This document shows, piece after piece, positions 11,690-25,569 of a stretch of 64,000 nucleotides of DNA. Below the pieces are notes generated by a model. It was given only the letters and a program-made list of their open reading frames with translations, was not told where the DNA came from and did not search any database. Each line of letters starts with the position of its first letter. The stretch's first letter is position 1. The position numbers were made by a program, and so were the translations under genes. Origin of the DNA: Octopus bimaculoides. Its lineage: Eukaryota. The DNA is taken from positions 42,664,041-42,728,040 of the forward strand of contig NC_068983.1 of the NCBI RefSeq assembly GCF_001194135.2, read 5' to 3'.

Positions 11690-11995
11690 GGTCCACCTGA
11701 CTGGCTCCTGTGCTGGTGGCATGTAAAAAGCACCTATTGATTGTGGCCAATTGGCACATAAAAAGGACCATCCGAACTTGATCGATACCAAGCCTGCCCG
11801 ACTGGCTCCTGTGCCGGTGGCACATAAAATGCACCCACTACATTCTCAGAGTGGTTGGCATCAGGAAGGGCATCAAGCTGTACAAACTTCGCCAGATCAG
11901 ATTGGAACCTGGTGCAGCTGCTGGCTCTCCAGACCTCAGTCAAACCGTCCAACCCATGCCAGCATGGAAAACAGACGTTAAATGATGATAATGAG
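11690..11995 (+). mobile_element. RTE 3' end with 66-bp units, next to an N-gap
   Basis: Family match. Confidence 0.85.
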
Positions 11996-12260
11996 AGTAT
12001 GAGGAAAGGCGTTAGAACAGATGATTTGCTGAAGAGGGAATACATGGTCACTGGCACCATATAAGAATGGGTGGGAGTAATTGCGGTGGAGCTGGAAAGA
12101 GAAATAAAGGTGGTAGTGGTGAAGTGGTGTTGGGTGGACCTTCTAAGTACAATAAAGGGGATACATAGTGTAATGACAGAAAAGAGGGTGGGTAGATATA
12201 GGAAGAGAGAAGGGTGGTTAGCAATGAGATGAGAGGAGAAAAAAGAGTGACTCATTGTAA
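11995..12260 (-). mobile_element. Decayed LINE AP-endonuclease fragment
   Basis: Minus remnants RRSTQHHF and YGASDHVFP (APE C-terminal SDH motif). Confidence 0.4.
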
Positions 12261-12929
12261 CAAAATGACTTGCATATATGTTGCCCTACACATGTATGAG
12301 CAATAATTTCTAAATGTTTAAATAATGAAACATCAGATGCATGCACGCATTTGCTCCTGTGAGAGCGTTACTTTTTTCTTTCTCAAATACATATATTCTT
12401 TCATTCTTTTACTTGTTTCAGTCATTTGACTGCAGCCCTGCTGGAGCACCGCCTCCATCACCATTTGACCTCCTCTTTTATATACTTGCACGGTTCAGAG
12501 ACAATCGGTTGATGCAGAATGTCTACAGCTGTATGTCCTTTCTGTCACCAACCCCAACTTTCTTTCAACCAAGATAATATAATATATGTAAGTCTGTGTT
12601 GTATATGCTGTAGAAAACTTTAAAAAAAAGCTTATAGATATATAATTTTATATATATATATATATATATTGTGGTTTCAAACAACCACAACACTGAAATG
12701 AATGTACAAAACACATGATGTAAATTTGTCCTTACTGTAATTTCTCCTACATTTATTCAGTATACCATAATCAGTAATACTACTAATTTTAGTAGGAGTA
12801 TAACCATTACAATGGAAGGAGATGATGGTAATCTACATGGAGCTCTAAACTTAACACTAACAGTCATACATCTAACTATAAACACAAAATACATACATAT
12901 ATACGTATATATATATGACCAACCAAACT

Positions 12930-13160
12930 ATCAGATGTTACGCATCACTGATCACAATGCGCTTTGCATCATTTTAGCCTTCTAATGATGCCACCAACCA
13001 GGCTGGGCAAGCAAGCCTACATCTCCTCCTGATCGAAAAGGGGACTGGAGTAGCATGAAAAAGTGTTTCTCTCAAAAACACATGCCATCCGGTCTGCGAA
13101 CTGAACCCACGATCCAGCGATCACAAGCTCAACAGCCTGACCACTAGGCTATGCACCTTC
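12930..13160 (-). mobile_element. SINE family E
   Basis: ggactggagtagcatgaaaaagtgtttctctcaaaaacac..ccactaggctatgcaccttcac. Confidence 0.6.
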
Positions 13161-13223
13161 ACACACACAGATAGATATGCCATAGCATACATGCACAAGA
13201 AGTGTTAAAAATACGACTAGTAC

Positions 13224-13349
13224 TCAATTTGGGAGAATTTTCCCATGAAGCTGTTGAAGTGTACAGATTTTAATTCTCTCAGCTGAAGTTGTAGAAAAAT
13301 TGGACAAAACTGTCGCAATCTCATACATTCCTCGTACATTATTGGAATT
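13224..13349 (-). CDS. Candidate internal exon (126 nt, phase 2-2, IPIMYEECMRLRQFCPIFLQLQLRELKSVHFNSFMGKFSQI)
   Basis: catttag acceptor, open symmetric frame, weak GTACTA donor; no homology recognised. Confidence 0.3.
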   Translation of the reverse strand, partial: NSNNVRGMYEIATVLSNFSTTSAERIKICTLQQLHGKILPN

Positions 13350-13623
13350 CTAAATGATTTTTAACAGTACAATAGAAAAATATGTGACAGAAAACATGAT
13401 GGAGAGTTCCTGTCAGAGTATGAGAGTGGATGTGATTTAATCTCATCAGCTGGCTGCATCTATGCTTGACACTTATTTAATCAGTAAGTCATTTTGGAAT
13501 GAAAATGTATAACAACAGAGAACAATAACAAAATGGCAAATGAAACATGCTTTTCTGGTTGGTTAATACAGATCTCATATTGGTGTCATGTGATTTCAAC
13601 AGTAAGTTCAGAAACTTCATGTA

Positions 13624-13810
13624 CAGTAATCCCTCGCCATGTCACAGCTTAATATTTAAGCTTGTGTTGATTCCTCCGTGGTGTAGGTTTGTATTTATGA
13701 TGAAATATATACAAATTATAAAAACAAACAGTACTGTTTCTACTTCGCAGATTTTCATCTATTGCAGGGGGTTTTGGAATGTAACACCCACAATAGTCAA
13801 GGGATAACTG
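13624..13810. mobile_element. Tigger/pogo-type MITE (187 bp)
   Basis: TA|cagtaatccctcg..caagggataactg|TA. Confidence 0.75.
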
Positions 13811-13879
13811 TATACATGAAACGAGGTAAAACACTTTCAGGATAGTCAAGGAGCAAGCAGGAGGTTTTAATCATATAGA

Positions 13880-14102
13880 CCAGTGGTTGTCAATAAGAAT
13901 TCCATATGGCACTCGGGGGTTTCATATAAGATTTTGTTAAAAACCATGTGCAATAAATTGGTTTTACTCCGACAATACACAAAATATTAATTTTTTTTTT
14001 ATACAATTCCTAATAATATTGAAGTATACAAACAGGATTTTTTAAACATCAAATGGCTACAAGGGTTTACCCTAGTAAAATAAAAATTTGGGGGAGGGGT
14101 CC
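13880..14102. mobile_element. hAT/Charlie-type MITE, truncated by an RTE insertion
   Basis: cagtggttgtcaa start; body shared with 50362-50595, 55967-56209 and 57217. Confidence 0.55.
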
Positions 14103-14104
14103 AT

Positions 14105-15285
14105 CATCATCATCATTTAACATCCGTTTTCCATACTTGATGGGTTGGGCAATTTGACTGGAGCTGGCCAGCCAGCCAATTGCTTGTTTTGGCATGGTTT
14201 CTATGGCTGGATGCCCTTCTTAATGCCAACCACTCAGAGAGTGTAGTGGGTGCTTTTTACGTTCCACTGACATCGGCCATATTCAGATGGTGCTTCTTAT
14301 GTGCTACCGGCACAAGAGCAAGTTGGGACAGGTGGGAGGCTGGCATTAACCATGTTCGCATGGTACTTTTAATGCGCCACTGGCACAGGGAGCCAGTCAG
14401 GCAGAACTAGCAATGACCCACACATGCATGGTGCTTAATAAATAATAATTCTTACTGCTATAGACACAAGGTCTAAAATTAATGAAGGGAGGGTAAATCA
14501 ACTATAGGCACATGACCAATGATTTTATGGTGCCAGTCTATGACTGGTACCTTAACCCTAAAAGGATGTAAAGCAAAGACAAACCTGGCAGAATGTAAAG
14601 AGCCAGAAATGTCAATAAGAATTATGTCCAATATGCTAACAATTCTGTCAGCTCAACACATCATTGTCATATGTCTGCTTTCCATGCCAATAGTTTGACA
14701 TTTGACATGGCTAGCAGGAAGCTGTCCAAACACCAACTGTCTGTTTTGGTATGGTTTCTACACCTGGATGCCCTTCATAATGCCAACCACTTAACAGAGT
14801 GCACTGGGTGCTTTCAACATGCCACTGCCTTGATAAAATTATCAGCATCATCAATAACATCATTATATATCCGTCTTTCATGATAACATGGTCTGGATAA
14901 GTGATTTGTGTTCTAGATGGGACAGAGGAACACATTCCTAACTTTCATGTTTTGGTTTGATCTCAACAGCTGGATATTTTTTTAACACATGCACGCTCGT
15001 GCACACACACACACACACACACACTGAATGGCTCTTGTGCCAGTAGTACATAAAAGATACCATCCCAACGTGGCCATGGCCAGTGCTACCTGACTGGCTC
15101 CTGTGCTGGTGGCATATAAAAAGCACCCACTACACTCTTGGAGAGGTTGGTGTTAGGAAGGGCATCCAGCTGTAAAAACCTTGCCAGATCAGATTGGAGC
15201 CTGGTGAGGCCTCCTAGCCTGCCACGTCCCCAGTCAAACCGTCCAACCCATGCCAGCAGGAAAAACGGAAGGATGATGATGGTGG
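14105..15285. mobile_element. Cluster of three RTE 3' ends (14105-14430 -, 14660-14830 -, 14990-15285 +) and a decayed family C copy
   Basis: Family matches. Confidence 0.75.
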
Positions 15286-16109
15286 TGTGTGTGTGTGTGT
15301 GTGTGTTTGTCCTCTTAATTTAACTGTTCAGCAGACGAGATCAATAGAATAAGGGCCAAACTTTAAAAAAAAAATTTTTTAAAGCACTAAAACCCCTTCA
15401 AGGTGGTGTCCCAGTATGACTGCAATCAAATGATGGCATGGTAAAAAAATAAGAAATACGTATTTAGAATAGTCGTAATATTGATTCTTCGTTCGGAACT
15501 AAAATAAACCACTGCAACACTTCAGCTTACTTGTAGATAGCGTCATTAGAAAAATAAACAAACAAACAAATAAATAAACCTCAAACAAACTAATTGCTAG
15601 AAATTTAATTAACATTTGGAACTTTTTTTACCAAAATTACAAGAATTTCTTATTCAAGGTGAGAATATTTTTACTGAAAACATGTTTAGACAATATGACA
15701 AAAGATATTTAAAGACAGGGCTGATTGCAATTAACCTTGTCATTCATCATTATTCTAATTAGCAGTCAATAATACTAAGAGTTTAAATAATCAGTTCATC
15801 ACCTGTGTGTCATTGTGCTAATTATATCTTTAATTGTGGAAAATGAAGTGACAGAATCTAAATGAAAGTTAAAACCTGAAACCATTTCCAATACATTACG
15901 GTTTTATATTACACACACACACAACTTCAGCATTTAACATCTAACTTCTATGCTGACATGGGTTGGATGGTTCGACAGGGCCTAGTGAGTCGGAGGAATG
16001 CACCAGGCGCCAACATTTATTGTGGTTTATAACACTCAACTGGTCTTATTTTATCGAACCTGAACGATTAATGGAAGATATAAATTGAAATTTATTTAAA
16101 ACAGGAAGT

Positions 16110-16735
16110 TTGTATCAAAACTGAAGGTAGTCTTGGGCAAGTTGATATCAAAAAGGAGCACAAAAGTGAGGTAGGCCAGGAGGAGGAGGATATTGGGAGG
16201 GTTGGTTTGAAAAAGGAGGACACCCAAAACCAGACAAGATGGCAAGATGGTGTGAAGGCAGTTACTATGGCGTTGAGGTCGATCCAGCCACTTCCTGATG
16301 TGTCGGGCAATATGATATGCTTCAGAAGACCTGTTGAGTCAAGTAAAACCAATATCGTACCTATGGCCAGTGTCCCCTGACTGGCTCCCGTGCCGGTGGC
16401 ATGTAAAAGGCACCATCCAAACGTGGTCGATACCAGGTCCACCTGACTGGCTCCTGTGCTGGTGGCATGTAAAAAGCACCTATTGATTGTGGCCAATTGG
16501 CACATAAAAAGGACCATCCGAACTTGATCGATACCAAGCCTGCCCGACTGGCTCCTGTGTCGGTGGCACATAAAAAGCACCCACTACACTCTCGGAGTGG
16601 TTGGCATTAGGAAGGGCATCCAGCCATAGAAACACTGCCAGATCAGATTGGAGCCTGGTGCAGACATCTGGCTCTCCAAGCCTCAGTCAAACCAGCCAAC
16701 TCATGCCAGCATGGAAAATGGATGTTAAATGATTA
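16110..16735 (+). mobile_element. RTE LINE 3' end (ORF C-terminus, about three 66-bp units and tail)
   Basis: ..EEDIGRVGLKKEDTQNQTRWQDGVKAVTM.. resembles the RTE ORF end. Confidence 0.8.
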
Positions 16736-17395
16736 TAAGGGTGAATAACTTTTTTTCAAAATAGGGGAAATATTGAATTTAACAACGAGCACTATTTAGT
16801 CAAATGATGAAATCTACCATATAACAAAAAGGGAATTTAGAGATAGCACATCGCAGATGAAAATTACACAAGAATTTTTTTTGAATAAAGCAAATATTTT
16901 AAATCTCAACATTTTCCAATCAAATTGAATATTGAAAATCTGACGGATAAAAGACAAGAAATATATAAGAGTGACAAATTTAAGCAAGCACTTTTTCATG
17001 ACCACCACAACTGAAATGGATTAACCCTTGAAGATAAGAAGAACTGTAAGTAGAGAAGGCAGATCATTAACAAAGTCATGAAAAGGAATGAAAGGACTGT
17101 GAAGAACCTAACTGATTGACTGACCAAACAATTGGTTAAATGGCTAACTAGCTGACTAATAATGGTAATAAAAGAAGTGAAATAGGACCAGTGTGTGTGT
17201 GTGTGTGTTTATAGACATAATGATCCTCCCAAGATACAATAAAATTTATTTCAACACAATCTTGCAAATCAAATACAAAAATAGGATACTGTAAAGAAAT
17301 ATAGAGAAATAATTAAACAATAATTAATCACTTATCTGAATACAGTGATGATAGACAAATTAGCAGTTGTATGTTCAGTGTTCAGTTTTTAGCAC

Positions 17396-17430
17396 ACTTA
17401 CCTAAAAAATAAAAAGAAAATAGAAATTAA
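17396..17430 (-). promoter_or_regulatory. Candidate recursive splice site (3'SS directly abutting a 5'SS)
   Basis: Minus tttctattttctttttattttttAG|GTAAGT; junction 17402/17401. Confidence 0.5.
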
Positions 17431-17479
17431 AATCATTTCAGTGATTTTTTTTTTTTTTTCCTATAACAAAATATTTTTA

Positions 17480-17990
17480 CTTCATCATCATTTAACGTCC
17501 ACTTTCCATAGTGGCATGAGTCGGACAATTTGACTGAAAACTGGTAAGCCGGAGGACTGCACCAGGTTCTAATCTGATTTGGCAAGGTTTCCAACAGCTG
17601 GATGCCCTTCTTAACGCCATAATATATTTGTTTTTCAGCAAATATGAAAATATTTTTGGAACAATTACTTTGCCAGATTTTAATACAGTTAACCACAAAA
17701 TTGTTGTGCAGTTACAAAAACCTGTTTATCAATCAAGCAGACTGAGGCAAGAAAGATTACATGCTACAGTTAGAGTGACAAGTGAACACCATCATTATCA
17801 TTGCTTTAACGCACATCATTTTTCCCCCCCATCCTTGCATGTGTCAGATGGAATTCAAAGAAGCAGATTTTTCTACAGCCAGATGCCTTATCTTTTTCCA
17901 AACAAGATGGTATTTTCCCCAGAGCCAGGCATGTTTTCACGTAAGATTGGAAATAACTGACAGTGCTTGTGTAATAGTGGCACACAGTGT
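17480..17990 (-). mobile_element. RTE tail fragment and an RTE-tailed SINE fragment
   Basis: Family matches. Confidence 0.6.
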
Positions 17991-19499
17991 GAATGTGAAC
18001 ACTGTCTGTGCTTAGTGATTTCCAATGGGTTGGTTTCTGATGGTGAGATTGACAAGGGAACATCTAACTTATTGCAGAACAAATATCCCAAGGCTCTTCA
18101 TAAAACAAACTTTTGGGTTCCTAGCCAATGTTAGTTCAGTGGTCAGTCCCTCTTTCTCTCACATACCCAACCCTTCTCTCTCATTACTCCCACTGCCACC
18201 ATCAATACTACTACTTTTAATAAAAACATCAACTCTCCCTAGATTTCTTTGTCACTCTCTCCCTCTTTTTCATTCTTTCTCTCTCTCTCTTCGCCACTGC
18301 CCTAACCATCTCTATGCCTACTATTACTCTCACCCCAACATGAGCAATAGTAGGAGTATCAATGACTAGTGAGAGACGGGGGTCGAAGTGTGACACACTG
18401 ACACAGAAATTAGTTTTCGCATTTATTATATTAGATAAGTTACCAAAGTATTGCGAAACTTTTGGCTAAGCACAATATAAATCAAAATAAATCTATGTCA
18501 CAACAGAACACTCAGAGCTGAACCTTGGTTCTTAAAACTTTGTGGTCTCTTTGAAAGCATTTGTTTCCTCCTTTTTCAATACATAACTGTTAAGATTCAT
18601 TCTGAACTATTCCCTACAGCATTTAGATGGAATTTTTCAATGAAAGAATTACGTTAAATCAACCAAAATTTAAAGAAAGATCTTGGTTTGTGATTAGTTT
18701 GTAAAATGTAGAAAGGTGAGCTGCACAAGCAACAGAATGCTATTTTCGGATTTCCTATCAAGTTATACTTAATTAAATTCAAAAATCGACTGCAATTATT
18801 TCATGCATAATTCTCAACAGACTCTCAGGCAACTTTAAAAGGTTTCCACTCTCCATTTTGTACATGACAATTTTAATAAGGAAAAAAAAATGACTTTATT
18901 CATACACACACTCATATAGGCATATTATGCACAGTTCTTGTTGCCATAGTATTCTAGTGAGAGCCACCAGTTCGTTCTCAGCTAGTTTAGTTAGGTAGGT
19001 GCTTCAAAGAGATTTAGCTTTCAATAGCTCATTTCATCACAATATATAATGGTATCATGAAATGGAAACATTCAATACAGGAAGCATCTGCAGTCATTTA
19101 ACCAGTAAATAGATTGTAGCCAAACTCTCCAGCAAATGAGACATTACCTTCTTAAAGGGAAAAAAAGACACTTTCACTTATGTAGTTCTAGATACACTAT
19201 GTCTAAAAACACGAAAAAAACAAAAAGGCACAGAAAGATGACATGGTTACAGCTGGAGTGTCTTCAATCATAATTCCTCTGAATGAAGGTTAACATGGAT
19301 GAAACAATGACAACAACAACAACAACATTACAAACACTGAAATATCAAATCACACATCTTACAAAAGGAAAGAAACAAGAGAGTGAAAATGATGGATGAT
19401 TTATTTGCTTCCAGCATTTGGAAGGAGAAATCTCACAGTGAAAACTAGAGACAGATTCATGTTGTATCTATAAAGAGGATATATTTCTCAACTAGAGAA

Positions 19500-19940
19500 G
19501 GCACATGGCTTAGTGGTTATGATAGTCACTTCACACTCAATAAGGTCAGGAGTTCAATTCCTGGTGCTGCGTTGCAAGACACGTTATTTCAGGTTGCTGT
19601 AGTTCCCGCAACTGGTAAAAATGAGAGTTGTACCTGTATTTCAAAAGGCCAGCCTTGTCATACTCCATGTCATGCTGAATCCCCTTGAGAACTATGTTAA
19701 GGGTACATATAGGAGTGCTGTGTTGTAACTGAGAGGGTGCCCTTCCTAATGCCAACCTACATGAAGGGTATATTTCTCAACTATAAATTCAGTTTCCATT
19801 TACAAAATTCACTCACAAGACTTTGGTTGGCCCAAGGTTAAAGTAGAAGACACTTGCCCAATGTGCAATGAAGTGGGTGCTGAACCCAGAACCATGCAGT
19901 TGGGAAACAAACTTCTTACCACACAGCCACACCTGTGCCT
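19500..19940. mobile_element. SINE family D (19500-19735 +) and family B head (19790-19940 -)
   Basis: gttgtacctgtatttcaaaaggccagccttgtca body; family B head. Confidence 0.65.
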
Positions 19941-21372
19941 CATTGTTTGAATTCTCATTGTTCTGAGTGCACCCCATGAATTACAATCTGTTTGGCAGAC
20001 ATCAGCAAATAATTTGTTAGCCAATTCTTATAGAGAAGAGCTCACACTTTGTGTGATTCATTAATCCGACTGTAGGGTAAATTTAAATGAGACACTCAGC
20101 ACAGTCGAAACACCATATAGTCTCAAAAGCTCTTACAATGAGTTATTGTACATGTTATGAACACACATCATCTAAAGGGTGTTCTCCGATGATGAAAAAC
20201 AACAGTAATCAGATATTCACATTGAAATCTGCCAGAGTATATTAAGAATGAAAAGATATGTTATTCTTTTGTAAAGTCTTATATTGGAAGAAAATCAATA
20301 ATGAGTGATAATTGATGCTGTAATTATCGCTTGATTAGTACAAAAAGCAGGGGTGGGGAAGTCAGAAGGAACTTACATGCAACACATGGGAATAAAAAGA
20401 AAACAAAAGAAAGGAAGAAAGAAAGAATAAGAGCCAAATCAGTGAACAAAAAAAGGAAAAAAAAAAATATCAAATGGCAGAAATCTAATGGTATGAGCAA
20501 AAGAAGTTAAAAGATCTGACGAATCTTCATAAGAATGAATTACTGGATTCTGTCACGCAAGACTGAGAAATGGGTTGTATTGAAAGAAATAACATAGAAA
20601 CCAGTTAAATATAACAACACTGCTGCTGATGTTGTGTGGTTGTAGATGGCATGCAACACACACAAACACACTGACTCAATTTGGGGCATAGTAAAAATAG
20701 TTGTGATGCAATTAGATGCAACTAATGCAGTGATGCAAATATTGACTGATAATTTGGTTCCAATGATGTGAACAACCATCCTTGTTACAAAGAACTAAGC
20801 AAGAAGGGAGACGACAAGTAGGGTCCTTTCTCTTTTTTTTTGCTTTTTTTTTTTTNNNNNNNNNNNNTTTTTTTTTTGCTGCTTTTTTTTTTTTATTCTT
20901 GCTTCAGGCTATTCCAATCTATGTTAGTATGTCTATCAAATGGAATGAAATCGATACTGAAGCAAGTGGTTCAAAAATAAATACATCATGATAACAATGT
21001 AAACTGAATGTCTTCAGAATATCTGTGCCCTACTTATTGGTTACTACTGTAAAGTAGCATTAAGCTCTTGAAAATTTGAAAGCAATAACCAGCACCATTA
21101 ACCACTGCATGGCAGAATTGCAATATGGTCTTCAACTAGGTCAGAGCAGGACAGAGTTGGAACAAGTGTTCTTCTGATCAAACTAAGCCATTCAACCAAT
21201 TATCGATTTGTCTTAGACAAGGGGCAAGTATGGCTGTGTAGATAAGAACTTCATTTCCCAGTCATGTGACTACAGGTTCAGTCCCTTTAGCACTGCAAGT
21301 GAATTTGGTCAACAGCAGCAAAAAGGCCAACATGTGTATCAGTGTGCGCCTGTGATTATATATCTTTCCTCA

Positions 21373-21620
21373 CACTCCATTGGTTATGACCAGGGCTGTG
21401 GAGTCAAAACACAAGACTTCAACTCCAATTCTTCTACTATTGGTACCTCTGACTCCGACTCCTCTTTATGTAATTAAGTGATTGTGGTCTACATATCTCA
21501 TAGGGCATATGCATACGCTTGTACTTTGAGAAGGCCTATATGTTATATCTGGTTTATATTAAAGAAGATATTGCGAGTCGGAATCGGTATAGTTTTATAG
21601 ACTCCGACTCCAGCTACCTT
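21373..21620. mobile_element. hAT-like MITE with (GACTCC) subterminal motifs
   Basis: cagggctgtggagtc start; gactccgactcc near the other end; right terminus eroded. Confidence 0.5.
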
Positions 21621-22189
21621 TCAACTGTTTCCAACTGATGAGTGAACTGGAGCAATATGAAATAAAGCAATATGAAATATTGCAAACAATGCTTTAATGA
21701 TGTATTCCTCTAATCTATGCTTTCAAGGGAAAAACAGATGTTAGAGACAAATGAACATGTTCAACCCATTATTTAAATTGGACTAAATATTCAACTCTTT
21801 TATATTCAAACTGGCCAACTCTGACTTCTCACAACAATTCTACAATGCTATTCACTCGAACAATTACATCATTAAAATCTCAAAATTAGAAGATAATGCA
21901 TAATTAATTCAAAACAATGTAAATAAACAGACATTACATTTGATAGATAGAACGAAAAAAAAACGGTTTAATCAAAGCCAAGTAAAAGCTACACAGCAGT
22001 AACTGTTAAATTATTGACGAGTCTACATTACTTTCATTTTCTCATGTAACATTACTCAAAACTTATGCTTGATATCCTTGAGAAAAGTTTCAATATCAAA
22101 CACCTTGGTTATCTTTAGCAGAGATCCTTTTTGTAAAGTTCACCCCATTAATGGAAATGATAGAAACTCAAGTATCTAACTTAAAATAT

Positions 22190-22565
22190 GTAAAAAGCAC
22201 CATCTGAACGTGGTCGATGCCTGGTCCGCCTGACTGGCCCCCATGCCGGTGGCACGTAAAAAGCACCATCCAAATGTGGCCAATGCCAGTGCCCCCTGAC
22301 TGGCTCCAATGTCAGTGGCACGTAAAAAGCACTATCTAAATGTGATTGATGCCAGGCCCGCATGGCTGACTCCTGTGCCAGTGGCATGTAGAGAGCACCC
22401 ACTACACTCTCGGAGAGGTTGGTGCTAAGAAGGGCATCCAGCTGTAGAAACACTGCCGGATCAGATTGGATCTTGGTGCAGCTACTGGCTCTCCAGACCT
22501 TAGTCAAACCGTCCAACTCATGCCAGCATAGAAAATGGACATTACACGATGATGATGATGATGGA
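22190..22565 (+). mobile_element. RTE 3' end with three 66-bp units
   Basis: Family match and (GAT)n tail. Confidence 0.85.
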
Positions 22566-24529
22566 CCAGTTCCACATCATGGTCTCAATTTTATCAACAA
22601 ACTGATATTGTGGATCAAATACTCAAACCACAAAACCATATGTCTTCTCGTATATAAAGTGTGTGTGTGTGTGTATGTATATTACATTTTTTTTATTTCA
22701 GTCATTTGATTGTGGTCATGCTGGAGCACTGCTTTTAGCTGAACAAACCGACCCCGGGACTTATTCTTTGTAAGCCTGATACTTATTCTATCAGTCTCTT
22801 TCACCAAACCACTAAGTTATGGGGACATGAAAACACTAACATTGGTTGTCAAGCGATGGTGGGAAGACAGTAAGGATCTTGCCCTTTCAAGAAAGTAAGG
22901 GGTTTGTAGAGCAACCTTCTCTCCTCATAACAGTATGCCAAAAAACAACATGGGACTCAGAGACAACTTCAGAGAAAAGTTAAATTCAGTATCGGTACTC
23001 CTTCAGGAGCTGCAAAAGAGACAATTCTACCACCTCCCTGTTTATCTGGAGACTTTAAGACCAGAGAAATGACTTTCCCAACATAATTTTGACCATATCC
23101 AAAAAGGACTCTCTTAAAGCATATAACTGATTCGATGAGAAACTGCACATAGAGGTGCAGGCATGACTGCATGGTAAGAAGTTTGCTTCTCAACCACATG
23201 GCTCCTGGTTTAGTCCCACAGTGTGACACCTTGAGCAAGTCCCTTCCACTATAGCCTTGGGTTGACCAAAGCCTTTGGGGTGGACTTGGTAGACAGAAAT
23301 TGAAAGAAGCCTTATATATATAAGGGTAGGCAAGGTCGGCACTGCCTACCTTGAATAAAATGGATCAATAGCAACATTTCCATGGAGAGCCAGTCAGGGG
23401 ACACTGGCAATGACCCATGCATGAAAGGTGCTTATTGCGTGCCACCAGCACAAATAATAATAATTAAGTACATGTGCAGTTTCCAGACATCAACCTCTTA
23501 AATAGTCCCATCAACCCCCAGGGACTGATATCAACTACTTTGGAGACCCCTGTCCTAGAAGTTAATTTTCAGCAATTAATTGATAGCAATGATTTGTAAC
23601 TTTTATGAAAACTTCATTAAAATTCTAGTGAAAGTGAGAGAGAGTGATTACTCTTATCTCTTGCATTAGTGTTATATCCATCAAGTAATATTGAGCAACC
23701 AACACAACACCTGTGGAGGTGCATGGTTTAGTGGTTGGAGTGTGGGACTCAGGATTGCAAGATTTTGGTTTTGATTCCTTAACTGTGCATATATATTCAC
23801 TATTTCTACTGTACCCTTCAACAGTTAATCTCTAAGACATTTCATCCCCTTTTCAGCACTTGCATAGCTTTATCCATAGCCATGGAGGGAGAGGCGATAG
23901 AGTACTTTAAAAATATGGATATGACCCCTGTCCCTCAAGGTTTCTATGCACTTGCTATTACAAAAGCTGCCTATTCCTGCTCTACTCACCCAGGCTTGAG
24001 TTACAAGTAGTTACTTTTCGTAATGCTCATACCTATCAGTAAAACAAACTGTCTACAGTGTTATTCCTCAGCTCCATGGGTAAGAAACAGAATAAGGCTG
24101 GGTGGTAGAGGAAACCCTGCAAAATGACATTTATCACAAAACTAATTATGACTAAGCTATGATTGGTGAGACCACTTTATGTGTCACCTGTCGAACAAGT
24201 TGTTGTCTGCATTTACATTTGCTTAGTTTTATCAAGATTATCTCTGGTACTACAAGTATTGTTGTTAATTTTATATGTGGTGTGTGTGTGTATGTGTGTG
24301 AATGCGGAACTATTTCAAATGAAAAGGCAGTGCTCAGTTCATGTTGCAAAACCATATGGTTGATTGAAGCTGAATAATTTTAACTACATACATACGTATA
24401 CATGTAATATAATCTTATATATATATACGTGTGAATGTGAACATACATTATATGTGCCTGATTGTACTATAAATATATATCATACCAGCATGGAAAACAG
24501 ACGTTAAATAATGATGGTAGCTTTTATTT

Positions 24530-24940
24530 TTGATTTGCTTCGGTTTTGGACTGTGGCCATGCTGGGGCGCTACATCGAAAAATTTTAGTTGAATGAATCA
24601 ACCCCAGTGCATGATTTTTTTTTAAAGCATGCTACTTATTCTACCAGTCACTTTTGCCAAACTGCTAAGTTACAGGGACGTAAGTGCACCAACACTAGTT
24701 GTCAAGCAGTGGTGGAGGAGAAACAAAGACAAACACACACAATGGGCTTCATTTAGTTTCCCTCTACCAAATCCACAAGGCTATAGTAGGAGATGCTTGC
24801 CCAAGGTGTCACGCCGTCCTCTACCAAATCCACTCCCAAGGCCTTGGACAGCCTGTGGCTATAGTAGAAAATGCTTACCCAAGGTGGCATGCAGTGGGAC
24901 TCAATCTGGAACAAGGTGGTTGGGAAGCAAAACAGAGAGC
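24530..24940 (-). mobile_element. SINE family B with an internal ~60-bp duplication
   Basis: ctctaccaaatccac..ggctatagtag.a.atgctt.cccaaggtg occurs twice. Confidence 0.75.
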
Positions 24941-25569
24941 AAGCAAGTGAGAAAGACTTATGTGTTGCTGACTTGCAATTTACTACTGACAAATGTCGAT
25001 ACTGAACAGAGCAATTTCAAATATTTAGTTAGATACATTATTTTTCTGTTCATTATGAATTTACAAGAGAGAAAAAAAAAAAAAGCAATGTGGTTTAAAA
25101 ACCTATTTATTTTACTAGAATCTAAAAGTCTTATTGCTTGATATCCTTAATCTCTTTTCGCACATAGTTCTTCTTTGTTGGTAACCAGCCTATCAATAGG
25201 TCAGCCTACCAACATAACTAGTTTATAATAACCTATTGAAGAGCTGTAGCCAAAGGCAGAAGGTGTTCTACTTTCTCACACCAGGAATAATTTTATCATA
25301 AACTGTCCCCTACCATCTGGCAACCTTGATATTTGATTAAAATGGTTTATTAAAGTAAATGTTCAGTTTACATAACAGATTAAGCAGATGCTTAGAATAA
25401 GGTAAATGTTTATTATTCATCTTTGATGTTGGTTTTGTCGACTTTTAAAGTAAAAAATCAAAACAGCAATGTGACTGTAGAGGTGGTGGTGGTGGTGGTG
25501 GTGACAACTTCAGATCAGAATCTCGACAGAGCAAAACCTACAAAGATGTTGCATACCCCATCGTCATCA

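Noticed and set aside
22940-23140. Protein-like frames on both strands (MGLRDNFREK.. and FKRVLFGYGQ..)
   Set aside because: Short, no convincing splice pair and no recognisable domain.
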